From a virus (Duplodnaviria; Caudoviricetes): a stretch of DNA of 32,657 nucleotides. Positions 1-9,710 of this stretch are shown one piece after another; position 1 is the first letter of the stretch, and every line of letters starts with the position of its first letter. The stretch spans positions 1 through 32,657 of IMG/VR virus record IMGVR_UViG_3300046820_000364; one strand, written 5' to 3'. Made by a program: the position numbers and the translations under genes. Below the pieces are notes generated by a model that ran no database searches, was not told the DNA's origin, and saw only the letters and a program-made list of their open reading frames with translations.

Positions 1-36
1 CCATAAAAAGAAATAATATAAAGTATATAGTATAGT

Positions 37-1482
37 TTAAGCGGTACGAATCCATAGAGATACTGTTGATACTGTATCTTTAGTTGCTTGAATTGTATCG
101 CCTGCATATGTGCCAGAATATGATCCCGAATATGTTCTGTTACCAGAATATGAACCAGAATATGTTCTCGAACCAGCAAACGAGTTTGCATATGAACCAG
201 AATAAGTTCTAGAACCGGAATAGTTGGCGGAGTATGTTCGCGAACCTGAGAAAGTTGAGGTATATGTACCAGCATATGAACCAGAATATGCTACGTTAGA
301 ATATGTTCTAGTACCAGCAAATGTTCCGGTAAAATTGGTTGATGCTGATACATAGCTAGTTGAATAAGTTCGCGAACCCGCAAAAGTGCCGCCGACAAAA
401 CCACCATAGAAGAGTGTATAACTGGCTGAATATGTTCTCGAACCTGCGAATGGTCTGGTTCCAGCAAAGTTAGTTGCATATGAACCAGAATAGGTTCTGG
501 AACCAGAGAATGTTTTTGTTCTTGAACCCGCAAATGATGATGCATATGCTACGTTCGAATAAGTTCTATTACCAGCATATGCTACGTTAGAATATGTTCT
601 GGTACCAGCAAAAGTATTTGCGTATCCTGCGGGAGTATACGTTCTAGTGCCAGCATATGCTACGTTAGAATATGTTCTAGTACCAGCATACGAGCCGGTA
701 TAGTTTACAGAAGATACTTGTTCGCGAGTATCAGAGGCAGACCCCATGCTAACCCAAGTGCCGCCTACTGGCGAAGAGGCTTGAATTTTATATGTGCCAA
801 CATTGGTACTGATAATGCGATTTCTGAAATAAGGAATCATTTCCTGTATTTCGGCGTCCGTCATTTGCTTTACGTTATTGCCACTGTATGTCTTTAGAGG
901 ACGAAGATCGGCATCAGGTGTTGTTGTAGCCGCAGTCTTCTGCCAAATGTAATAAGTTGTATTACCACCATTTGCAACATCTGTAATTGTATAACGAGCG
1001 GTCCATGTGCCGCCGCTTGGCGCTGAGCCAGCAAGACGATACTGACCGGCAGTATAAGTCGATTCTGTGACCATGGCGGTAACCGCTTGATCAATAATAT
1101 CGTTGCGAATCTGCGCATCTGTCATCTGTTGGATTGCAGTATCATACTGTAGGGGGCGATTTGTTATTGTACCATTGTCAGTAGCAGTAATTTGCTTTGC
1201 ATAATAAGTTGTGGTAGTTATCGCACCAGTAGCAGGGTGAGTACCAGTCGCTTCCGTTCTGTCAGTATCAGCAAATGTGCCGATAGCGGTACCAGAAAGT
1301 GCGTTTGCAGTATCAACATTAAGGTCGGCAGTGTTAGAACCATTATTTACCGCCGCCGCAAATCCTACTGTGATCTTATTAGCAATATAATTTTTAACTT
1401 CTGCATTCGACATGGTCTGTAAACCCTGAAAGTTTGCAGACGTAATTGGCGTAGCAGATGCCTTGATCTTTAAAGGATTCAT
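37..1482 (-). CDS. Putative virion structural/fibre protein with three N-terminal modules and a C-terminal (F/Y)-A/S-G-S/T/N-R-T-Y-S repeat region
   Basis: 481-aa ORF at the distal end of the baseplate operon; recurring module 'PL...Q.M(T/S).A(E/Q)(I/V)' three times (two ending 'G.Y.....P.GGTW'); about 14 G[STN]R repeats in aa ~260-461. Confidence 0.6.
   Translation of the reverse strand: MNPLKIKASATPITSANFQGLQTMSNAEVKNYIANKITVGFAAAVNNGSNTADLNVDTANALSGTAIGTFADTDRTEATGTHPATGAITTTTYYAKQITATDNGTITNRPLQYDTAIQQMTDAQIRNDIIDQAVTAMVTESTYTAGQYRLAGSAPSGGTWTARYTITDVANGGNTTYYIWQKTAATTTPDADLRPLKTYSGNNVKQMTDAEIQEMIPYFRNRIISTNVGTYKIQASSPVGGTWVSMGSASDTREQVSSVNYTGSYAGTRTYSNVAYAGTRTYTPAGYANTFAGTRTYSNVAYAGNRTYSNVAYASSFAGSRTKTFSGSRTYSGSYATNFAGTRPFAGSRTYSASYTLFYGGFVGGTFAGSRTYSTSYVSASTNFTGTFAGTRTYSNVAYSGSYAGTYTSTFSGSRTYSANYSGSRTYSGSYANSFAGSRTYSGSYSGNRTYSGSYSGTYAGDTIQATKDTVSTVSLWIRTA
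97..710 (-). repeat. Imperfect coding tandem repeats (YAGTRTYSNVA / FAGSRTYS)
   Basis: Near-identical DNA units such as gctacgttagaatatgttct(a/g)gtaccagca at ~290, ~581 and ~659, plus many degenerate copies. Confidence 0.9.
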
Positions 1483-1493
1483 TTTCTATAACC

Positions 1494-1976
1494 TTAATTT
1501 AGTCTAGTGCCGCTCGAATCAAATACCAACAGAGATGTAAGCGAATACCAATCTGTGGCATCCTTAGCAATAAAAGTAGCAGATGAGCCAGCAGCTACAG
1601 TAACAGCCGCGTTAGCCGTTCCATCATTGATTTTGTCTGATACGTTTGGATAAACTAACAGATTTGTGGCAGTAGTATTAACAACTGTATAAGTCAATGA
1701 GGCTTCGGCTGTTGGAAGTTTAACACCTGCACCAGAACCAACCGTAGTGACAATGTTATAAACATCCGAAAGTTCTGTTGCGCCAGACTGATTTGTTCCT
1801 GCCGCAGAAACAGTAGCCGAGATAGAAGGCTTTAAATCACCAGTTAGGGTAAGATTACCAAACGTGGGATTAGACCCCGATTCATACTTATCAGTATTGA
1901 GGTTGTTGAAGTTATTATCAACTTCGGTATTTGTAAGTGGTGACCCCTTTACGGATCTAAGTGTAATTGTGGCCAT
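1494..1976 (-). CDS. Putative virion structural protein (fibre/baseplate associated)
   Basis: 160 aa; N-terminus MATITLRSVKGSPLTNTEVDNNFNNLNTDK resembles the 'KGSPLT..E.D.NF..LN' N-terminal motif common in phage fibre proteins; beta-rich C-terminus. Confidence 0.6.
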   Translation of the reverse strand: MATITLRSVKGSPLTNTEVDNNFNNLNTDKYESGSNPTFGNLTLTGDLKPSISATVSAAGTNQSGATELSDVYNIVTTVGSGAGVKLPTAEASLTYTVVNTTATNLLVYPNVSDKINDGTANAAVTVAAGSSATFIAKDATDWYSLTSLLVFDSSGTRLN

Positions 1977-1978
1977 AT

Positions 1979-2212
1979 CTATCTACCTTGGTTCTGTAAG
2001 ACTTGTTGCAACAACAATTTGATTTCTAGCATCTCTTGTTTCACACTATTTATATCATTTTCAAATTGTCGAAGCTGGTTTGTTTGTTCTCTTTCTTTGT
2101 TTTTTCTAGCTTTGTATGCCGCTAATCCGACAACATCGGTAGAAATAATGGCTTTCGAATGGCCATCTCTAACATATTTAGTTGTGTCGTCCAGATGATA
2201 TCTTTGAGACAT
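1979..2212 (-). CDS. Small conserved hypothetical protein with C-terminal coiled coil
   Basis: 77 aa; 'YVRDGHSKAIISTD' followed by heptad-like 'FENDINSVKQEMLEIKLLLQQVL'; tightly packed after the VrlC-like gene, as I recall for T4-like cyanophages. Confidence 0.65.
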   Translation of the reverse strand: MSQRYHLDDTTKYVRDGHSKAIISTDVVGLAAYKARKNKEREQTNQLRQFENDINSVKQEMLEIKLLLQQVLQNQGR

Positions 2213-2213
2213 A

Positions 2214-5200
2214 TTATGCCTGCAAAGCTATTGCACGAAGTTCACGACATTTTGGAACAACACTAGTTTTGTCAGAAAGAAGAACTACTTTAACTGCAAA
2301 AGTTTTGAAGCCCGTGTATGTTACACCATCAGTTGTATATTCGAATACGCCAGCATTCAATTCAGTTGATGGAATACCATATGTATATTCAACAAAGCTA
2401 GATGAAGTAACTGTTGGTGGAGTGGTTGTTAATTCAATCCAATCTTTTTCTTCAAATGATGCTGGGTCGCTTTGATGTAGGAATCTACCATATACCTTCA
2501 CATCTGTTCCATTTGGAACATACTGACTTAGATATACTTTAAGGTCTTCTGCTTCCTGGCCATCATCAAGAACAACTTGGCGAGAAACATACTTGGAACG
2601 TGCTTCACCGATACCGATATCTTCATCTGTCGCATCATTATTAACGTCATTCGCGATTACAATCATAGAACATTTTCTAAGGTCGATGACCGGTGAAACA
2701 GTAGACGTTTGCGATGTCATACCAAGTTGAATTTTAAATGACTTGTCTCCGCCGAGATCATTTTGCTCGTTTGAATATGAGCGAATGGCCGCGTCGATGG
2801 TAAGTTCCGTTGTTTTATCAGGTACAAAATTCTCATATGATGTAGATGCTTGTGTCTCAGAACCAGTATTTGTCGTTGCAGAATATGCCCAAATTAGTTG
2901 ACATGGAGTATGGTCCATATATCCAATATTCGCACCCAATGCATTTAGCACTTTGTCTTCAAGTTCTGTTATTACGGCATAGGAAGTACCGTTACCCACT
3001 AAGTCGTTCACAGTGAAGTTTCCACTTTCAACATAAATCTTAGCAACGTTGTATAAGGTATCATACGAATGAGCGAAACCAGAATTTAAGGTCACACTGA
3101 TATTAGCATTTGAACCGCCGCTCATAGTGAGAGTTGGATTGCTTACATACCCGGCGCCCGGATTTGTTACTACCACATTCGTAATAGCACCAGCCGTAAT
3201 GGTGACATCAACTGTGGCATTCGTTCCACCGGTGCTTATCCCGCCGCTTAGTGTGCGACTGACTGTACCGTTTGTCGGTGTATAGCCAGTGCCCGGATTG
3301 ACGATATCAAACGAGAAGCCATGAATTTTATCACCGGAAGCAAATGCACCATTCGAGAAGGAATCAAATTTTGCATAATCGATATCATGTGTATTCAGTG
3401 TAACCGTTCCAGTTGTACCGATTTCGAAGTTTGCTCTCTGCAATTTAAACTTAATATCTTCTGCTTGCCATGCAGTCCAAGTTCTGTTGTTCGCAGATGT
3501 AAATAGAACACCGACATTAGGCTGTTCTGAGATACGAGTTGTTGTATTGAGTTGGTCTTCGCCCAATTCAGAAACCCAAATCTCGTAGTTAGGGTCATTA
3601 CCCGCGGGTAGAAGAACGAAGCAATATTCGGTATTGTTTTGCAGATACACTGGTGACGGGAAAGTAAACTTAGTTGACGCTTCGCCGTTGACATCATCAA
3701 CATTTACCTGACTTGGCGATAGTACCACTTCACCAAAAGGAATTACTCTATCACCTGGATACCCATTTACGACTTCTCGTAGTTGTAACGTGATAGGATT
3801 TGTCGTAGATTTTTTCTTAAAATAGATATCTAACGAAGTGACATAGCAACCAAACGGCACCTCAGAAACCATAAACGTCTGCGCGATAGGGTCAATAGAT
3901 TGGAATGGGCCGATTGAAAAGAACCCTAGTTCGAAGTCTAATTCGGCTGGAGGGATCACTGGTGCGGGGTCTGGTGCAGTCACCTGAGTAACTTCGGTAA
4001 CATTTGTGACATTATTAGTTACGTTTGTCACAAAAGTATTATTAATTTCCTGTGTTACTTGTGTAACTTCGGTAACATTTGTTGTATTATTAATCGTGGT
4101 AAACGTATTATTGACAACAGTTGTTTGAACAACGCCCACTGCTCTTTCGCCTAGACGATTTACCGCCGTATTGCTATCAGAAACCGTTCTACTATCCGAG
4201 AGATTGGTAGCTGCCACATTGGCAACTCTTGTCGAGATTACAGTATCTTGGACGCTTTGCGATAAACCATTTGCCGAGAATGTCATTGATGCAGAGGTAG
4301 TAACAAACTTGGCTCTATTTTTAGAATCATCTGCAAGTCTGAATAGTTTTTCTCCTACACGGAAAGTACCTGCAGGAATTCTGAATTGACCGAAGCATTC
4401 ACCTGCCGCATTGGTGATTAGTGGCGCGCCATAATCGCCCGTTGCGAGTGATGAATTTTGAACAGAATTTGTTGTACCACTAACAACTCCTGATAGCGGG
4501 CGGCAATGGCCCTCAACAGTAACACCATCAAAGAATGGATACACGCGAGTAAGTGGCTTCATTCTCGTTGCCTTAAACGTTACTACAATAGAACGCATGA
4601 ACGGAATGATAGAAGTATTTGTTACTCTAGGACCAATTCTTTGAGTTTGTGTTTCCGGTGTTACCGTAAGTTGAACGCCTTGGCGAGTTTGTCTTTGTTG
4701 TGTTGTCGTTGTTACGATAGCAATATCTTCTTGGAAAAGAGTATCGCCTCGTATTGCGGTATTACCCGCGGCACGCTGTGTATTGGAAGTAACTCTACCT
4801 GTTCCGGTATCTTGCCAATCTTCCCATTGGGTACCCCATGCATCGGCAAGTGTTTCCCATGCATCGTAGTTACCGTCAAAGTTGGCAGAAATATCAGGAA
4901 GTGTCGCGGTGTCGGTCCAGTTATCGACTGGCGGGTCAAGTTCTATTTCACCGATATATGTGAACAGAAGTTCGCCGGTGCAATTGCGGAACTTAGATGC
5001 CTGCAACTGACTCATCATCGTAAATTCAGTATACGGCAGTGTCAGTAGATCGCCAGTTTTTGTAATATTAGACGAGTTTGCTGAATCATATTGTAGGTCG
5101 ACATTTTCCATAAAGAAGAATGGACGCATTTCTTTTGCGGCAGGATCGATAGCAATATGGTATTCATTACTTAAAACATTACCGACGTTATGTCCAGTGA

Positions 5201-8123
5201 AGGCATCTACAAGAATACCATTCTTAAAACGATCTAAGCCATTAGTATCTGTAATACTTAAATCACTGGCAGATTTTTCCAGTAGATTTAGAGACGTATA
5301 ATATTCAAGACGATTTAGTCGCTGTTCCAGTTGACCAATATCGCGCATTGTATAACGGCGATTATCAATCGATTTATACTTAACACCGTAATCGGTTCTA
5401 CCTACAGACTTAGCAACACTAGGTGCCAGTGAAGGATATGGAGGAATATCTACAATCGCAATAGACAGAGAATTCTCTGGCTCTACTGGTTCAAGTGGCG
5501 TTAAAGAAGAGACGCCATATACAGAAGAGAATACGCCCTCATCATCCATAACAATTCTATCTTTACGTCCCAGATAATATTCAATATCTGTAGTAAACTG
5601 TTCTGTTGGGAATGGTGTTATGATAGCGCCACCGGTAGGACCACTAGGTGAAGAACCTACTGCAGGATTAACTGGCGCGGAGGCAGGACTTGTCGTGAAT
5701 GTAATAGTATCGTCCCAGCGAGGACGAAAGTCTAACGTATCACGCAGATCGTATGTTACACCAGAAGTTGTAGAAGTGTAAATCGGAATTTGTTCCGTGC
5801 GAATTTTACCCGCAGGAGTAGTTTCATCATCTACCGGATATGAATCGACTGTGTAGAAGTTGTATGCAGTAGACGGTGAACCACCGTGTGTAAAGTAGTC
5901 AAATGTCACAACCAACTTCTTGTCAGTCAGTGTAAGACTTGCACCTGGTTTTTTAACAATTCTGGCGTTTGCGTAGAAGCCATCTCGTTGTCCAGTATCG
6001 AAATTGAACAGTGAAGTTACATCTGTTCCGCTTGTCTGAATATCTGCCGCTGCCTCATCGAAATCGCCAATCTTGACCGAGCGAAGTTTGTAACCATCGG
6101 ACGCACCGAGATTATATGTGCCGGTAGTATTGCCGCTATCTTCTGTATCCAGAACAACAACCGCACTTTCTTTAAGTTCCTTAGTTACCTTATTTGCACC
6201 AGCAACTTGTACCTTACAGTGGACGCGAATGTTTGTAGCCGCGTTGATTGCTCCTGGGAAAGTTATTGTAATCTGCGAACCAGTATTGGTTACAGATACG
6301 TTAGCAGTTGATTGTAGATTTAAAACTGAGCCGATTTCATATGCAACACTGTTGATAGTGCAGGCCGCTTTTGTAGTGACAATGATATTATCAAGAATTT
6401 CTGTATTAGTCAGTGTTCCGACTGTAAACGGAAAACTTTCTGGTGAACTTACCGAGAATGTAATAGTGTTGCTGCTATCAATAGTATCATCAAACTGTTT
6501 GCTATAGACGAAACTATTGTCAACAGAAATGGGATTTGTAGTCTTCAAAGCTCTTGCAGGTAACTTGAATAGTAAACTGTTGAACTTACTCTCGTATAGG
6601 TATGCTTTACTATCCACCAGAACAACGTTTGCATGGCCGTCGGCAGTGGTATCATAGTAAACACCCTTAACATCTTCGAAGTTGTATGAAGATGCCATTT
6701 GAATATCGTAGAGATACATGCGGAATTGCGTATTATATGCGCCAGGTGTACCAGTCTCGTGAACGATATGACGAACTCTAGCTGTACCTATTTGTGAATC
6801 TGGTGCACCAGTAGCTGATTGGGCGCCGCCTGTTGGCGAGCCAGAAGTACCAATTGCATTTGCGGCCGCACTACGAAGAGACACGGTATCACCGGCTGCA
6901 ATATCCCAGTTACCGCAGAAGTTGTCAACTAGAATGTAGTTACCAAATGCAGTAGAAATAGGAACTTCGTTTATGACTTTTGTTGTATTGCCTTTAGGAA
7001 CAACGAGATATTCTGTCTGTCTGGTTTCGTATGCGTAACCACGAACATATGCTTTACCCGCCTCAATACCAATTGCGAGAAGGGTCTCATCGCCACCAGC
7101 CGCCGGATTTTCGGCATCATATGCTATTAGACCACCATTGGTACCAGTGTCAAGATGTTCCTTGATTAAAATAGGAAACGCTTTTACTGTATAGTTACCG
7201 GATTCATCGAAAGTGCGCTTTGCAAGATTGCGACCAAGGTCAGCATAAATGCGGTCTTCGTTTACAGCATTTTGTAGCTTGCCGCCTACAATCGTTAAAT
7301 ACTCTGAGAAGTCGTCCGAGGGTGTTTCATCTAGTGCATATTTGACCAGAGAAGCGGTAGTCACATATCTGTCGGCACCAGGCGCCGCATAGTTGAATGT
7401 GCCTTGGGCAGGATCTAAAAGATCAGGATCAGTTTCGTGTGTGACGATACTTTCTACAATCTCAAAACCAATTCTAAAATATGGATATGCATTATATTTT
7501 AGTAGTTCGAGAGTAGTTTTAGTGAAAGGAAGAAACTTACCATCTAAGAAAATAATACCGTTATCTAGAGTTACGAATGACCCTCTACCATAATAATAAT
7601 TGCCTTCCTCGAAGGTATTATCTACTACAAAGGTGTCGGCAACTTGGTCGCCAGTTTCAGATTGTATTACGCGAAGTGTTTCACTCGGAGAAAAGTGAAC
7701 TGCATCTGTAGAACCGTCACCTGTAAGATATCTCAAATACAGTGTGTTAAGATTTGGTGAATCGGCTTCGGTGCCACCGATGGCATGGACAATCTCAGCT
7801 TGTATTGATGATGTTAGACCGATTACTTTAGCGCCGACATAATCTTCAATATTTTGAATCAAAAATCCAGAAGCATCTTCGTCAAGAACTTTAACAAAGT
7901 CTCGCGAAGTGTCCAGTTTGAACTCACAACCGGCAACTACAGAACCATTTTTAAAAACATGATTGCCAAATTTTCCAACCTGATCTTGAAGAATGGATTG
8001 AAGTTGTGTTAGTTCTCTTGCCTGAACAGCATAACCCGGCTTGAACAGAATTCTATTGTAATTGTTTGCAATTGCTGCCGCAGCATCATCATAATACGGT
8101 GATACATTTAAGTCCAAGGCCAT
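2214..8123 (-). CDS. Large VrlC-like (DUF4815-type) virion structural/baseplate protein
   Basis: 1969 aa; motifs 'LNVSPYYDD', 'RILFKPGYAVQARELTQLQSILQDQ', 'NYAAPGADR', 'LAKRTFDESGNYTV', 'RRYTMRDIGQLEQR..RLEYYTSLNLLE', 'RFKNGILVDAF', 'DPIAQTF', C-terminal 'LRAIAL'. Confidence 0.85.
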   Translation of the reverse strand: MALDLNVSPYYDDAAAAIANNYNRILFKPGYAVQARELTQLQSILQDQVGKFGNHVFKNGSVVAGCEFKLDTSRDFVKVLDEDASGFLIQNIEDYVGAKVIGLTSSIQAEIVHAIGGTEADSPNLNTLYLRYLTGDGSTDAVHFSPSETLRVIQSETGDQVADTFVVDNTFEEGNYYYGRGSFVTLDNGIIFLDGKFLPFTKTTLELLKYNAYPYFRIGFEIVESIVTHETDPDLLDPAQGTFNYAAPGADRYVTTASLVKYALDETPSDDFSEYLTIVGGKLQNAVNEDRIYADLGRNLAKRTFDESGNYTVKAFPILIKEHLDTGTNGGLIAYDAENPAAGGDETLLAIGIEAGKAYVRGYAYETRQTEYLVVPKGNTTKVINEVPISTAFGNYILVDNFCGNWDIAAGDTVSLRSAAANAIGTSGSPTGGAQSATGAPDSQIGTARVRHIVHETGTPGAYNTQFRMYLYDIQMASSYNFEDVKGVYYDTTADGHANVVLVDSKAYLYESKFNSLLFKLPARALKTTNPISVDNSFVYSKQFDDTIDSSNTITFSVSSPESFPFTVGTLTNTEILDNIIVTTKAACTINSVAYEIGSVLNLQSTANVSVTNTGSQITITFPGAINAATNIRVHCKVQVAGANKVTKELKESAVVVLDTEDSGNTTGTYNLGASDGYKLRSVKIGDFDEAAADIQTSGTDVTSLFNFDTGQRDGFYANARIVKKPGASLTLTDKKLVVTFDYFTHGGSPSTAYNFYTVDSYPVDDETTPAGKIRTEQIPIYTSTTSGVTYDLRDTLDFRPRWDDTITFTTSPASAPVNPAVGSSPSGPTGGAIITPFPTEQFTTDIEYYLGRKDRIVMDDEGVFSSVYGVSSLTPLEPVEPENSLSIAIVDIPPYPSLAPSVAKSVGRTDYGVKYKSIDNRRYTMRDIGQLEQRLNRLEYYTSLNLLEKSASDLSITDTNGLDRFKNGILVDAFTGHNVGNVLSNEYHIAIDPAAKEMRPFFFMENVDLQYDSANSSNITKTGDLLTLPYTEFTMMSQLQASKFRNCTGELLFTYIGEIELDPPVDNWTDTATLPDISANFDGNYDAWETLADAWGTQWEDWQDTGTGRVTSNTQRAAGNTAIRGDTLFQEDIAIVTTTTQQRQTRQGVQLTVTPETQTQRIGPRVTNTSIIPFMRSIVVTFKATRMKPLTRVYPFFDGVTVEGHCRPLSGVVSGTTNSVQNSSLATGDYGAPLITNAAGECFGQFRIPAGTFRVGEKLFRLADDSKNRAKFVTTSASMTFSANGLSQSVQDTVISTRVANVAATNLSDSRTVSDSNTAVNRLGERAVGVVQTTVVNNTFTTINNTTNVTEVTQVTQEINNTFVTNVTNNVTNVTEVTQVTAPDPAPVIPPAELDFELGFFSIGPFQSIDPIAQTFMVSEVPFGCYVTSLDIYFKKKSTTNPITLQLREVVNGYPGDRVIPFGEVVLSPSQVNVDDVNGEASTKFTFPSPVYLQNNTEYCFVLLPAGNDPNYEIWVSELGEDQLNTTTRISEQPNVGVLFTSANNRTWTAWQAEDIKFKLQRANFEIGTTGTVTLNTHDIDYAKFDSFSNGAFASGDKIHGFSFDIVNPGTGYTPTNGTVSRTLSGGISTGGTNATVDVTITAGAITNVVVTNPGAGYVSNPTLTMSGGSNANISVTLNSGFAHSYDTLYNVAKIYVESGNFTVNDLVGNGTSYAVITELEDKVLNALGANIGYMDHTPCQLIWAYSATTNTGSETQASTSYENFVPDKTTELTIDAAIRSYSNEQNDLGGDKSFKIQLGMTSQTSTVSPVIDLRKCSMIVIANDVNNDATDEDIGIGEARSKYVSRQVVLDDGQEAEDLKVYLSQYVPNGTDVKVYGRFLHQSDPASFEEKDWIELTTTPPTVTSSSFVEYTYGIPSTELNAGVFEYTTDGVTYTGFKTFAVKVVLLSDKTSVVPKCRELRAIALQA

Positions 8124-8137
8124 GTGTAACTTCTCTC

Positions 8138-9697
8138 TTAAAAGTTAATAACTGTTCTAATCTTTTCTACTTGTTCTGCTTGTCTATTAATAGGCAGACG
8201 ATTTTCTATATAAAGAATTTCGCCAGTAGTATTAATAACATCCGGACTAGTTAGACTATTTATAGTCAATCCAGTAACACCTGTTCTACTATTTGTCAAA
8301 ACAGAATCAACTGTTATAACAGAAATTACGGGAAGAAGATATATTTGATTTGTGGTCTCTTTAATTTGAGCTACAATAAATCTTCCACCACCGTCTGTCG
8401 TAACAGGGTCATCATTTGAATAAACGGTAGTATCATCAACTGTGATTACATAACAGGTAGTGCCTGTATCTGCCGCAAAATTGACCATTTCATTATCTAG
8501 TGGATTTTTAACAATACCAAGTTGACGATAATCGTTGTTGTAGAAGTAATCGGAGGTATCATTTGTCAAATTGACTGAAAGGCAGACTGTTTTGGCATAA
8601 AGCTCTTTTACAGCATTTGCGCCATGTCCGTAATACGGCGAAACAGTTGCGGTGGCAGTAGCACCCGAACCAAAGCCCAGAATATTATTGAATGATATCT
8701 CGGCAAAAGTATATCCCGTGCCGGGATTTGTAACATCAACGCGCTCAATTCTGCCTAACTCGTTTACAAATGCCACTGCTTCTGCGCCAGAACCATCACC
8801 AGATATAGTAACTAGAACGTCACCGGAGGAATAATTCTGCCCAATTTCAAGTAAATTAATTCTATCTACGGTCCCAGGAACGGCAGCGGCTTCGATACCT
8901 TCTTGAACTAAGGAGACTGGAATACTACCTAGAGATACTTCTGCGGTAGCACCTTCGCCTGTGCCATTGTCTACTATTTCAATGTATGCAAACGAATACC
9001 CGTAGCCTTGATTTGTAATTGTAATATCGGTGATTTCGTCGTCGGTGACTACAGCCACTGCCGTAGCTCCTACACCGTCACCATGAATAAGAACTGTTGG
9101 CAAATCTTCCGAATCATATCCTGAACCACCCGACGTTACGGTGATATCATCAATTTCACCGTTGATGTCATATAACGGAACACCTACTCCTGCCATCTTG
9201 CGAACTGGAATAAAATCAGGAGTAAGAAACTTCAATTGGTCCGACGCTTCTATCCTAAACATGTATTTCCATACATATCCATCTGGAAGCAAGAATGCAT
9301 TTGTGATATCTGTGCTGTTAGGCTTATTATAACTAGGCGCACCGTCGTTATTGTTCAAACATTTGTATACACGCATATCACTCGTCAGAACATAAAAGTC
9401 CTTGGTAGATAAGTTATCAACATCATCGTAATGATCATAAACGGTACCAGCCACCCAATCGATACGACGAATCATCATAACTGCATCCGACGGTTGGACG
9501 CGCTTAACAAACATCATATTTCTATGTGTTTGGCTGTTATAAGACTCAGTATCGAGTGGGGTGTCTGGTGTGCCAACCACTGACCATTCTGTGGTTTTAC
9601 CCACAAAGAAATAAAAGAAGTCGTTCTCGTTAACTACGTCACGATAGAAACTTCTTGCTAGTTCATTTCTAGCCAGGGTTCTTAGTAATAGAGCCAC
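8138..9697 (-). CDS. gp8: Baseplate wedge subunit gp8
   Basis: Motifs 'FYVLTSDMRVYKCLNN', 'DGYVWKYMF', 'KFLTPDFIPV', 'GHGANAVKEL', 'NDYRQLGIVKNP', 'GEILYIENR.PINR..EQVEKIRTVINF'; follows gp6/gp7. Confidence 0.88.
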   Translation of the reverse strand: MALLLRTLARNELARSFYRDVVNENDFFYFFVGKTTEWSVVGTPDTPLDTESYNSQTHRNMMFVKRVQPSDAVMMIRRIDWVAGTVYDHYDDVDNLSTKDFYVLTSDMRVYKCLNNNDGAPSYNKPNSTDITNAFLLPDGYVWKYMFRIEASDQLKFLTPDFIPVRKMAGVGVPLYDINGEIDDITVTSGGSGYDSEDLPTVLIHGDGVGATAVAVVTDDEITDITITNQGYGYSFAYIEIVDNGTGEGATAEVSLGSIPVSLVQEGIEAAAVPGTVDRINLLEIGQNYSSGDVLVTISGDGSGAEAVAFVNELGRIERVDVTNPGTGYTFAEISFNNILGFGSGATATATVSPYYGHGANAVKELYAKTVCLSVNLTNDTSDYFYNNDYRQLGIVKNPLDNEMVNFAADTGTTCYVITVDDTTVYSNDDPVTTDGGGRFIVAQIKETTNQIYLLPVISVITVDSVLTNSRTGVTGLTINSLTSPDVINTTGEILYIENRLPINRQAEQVEKIRTVINF

Positions 9698-9710
9698 AGT
9701 TTATTACCTA

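Noticed and set aside
97-710. Repeat region as a CRISPR array, DGR template/variable repeat, or ice-nucleation repeat
   Set aside because: Repeats are in-frame, degenerate at codon level and lack unique spacers; no adenine-specific mismatch pair or reverse transcriptase in the window; motif does not match the AGYGST ice-nucleation repeat
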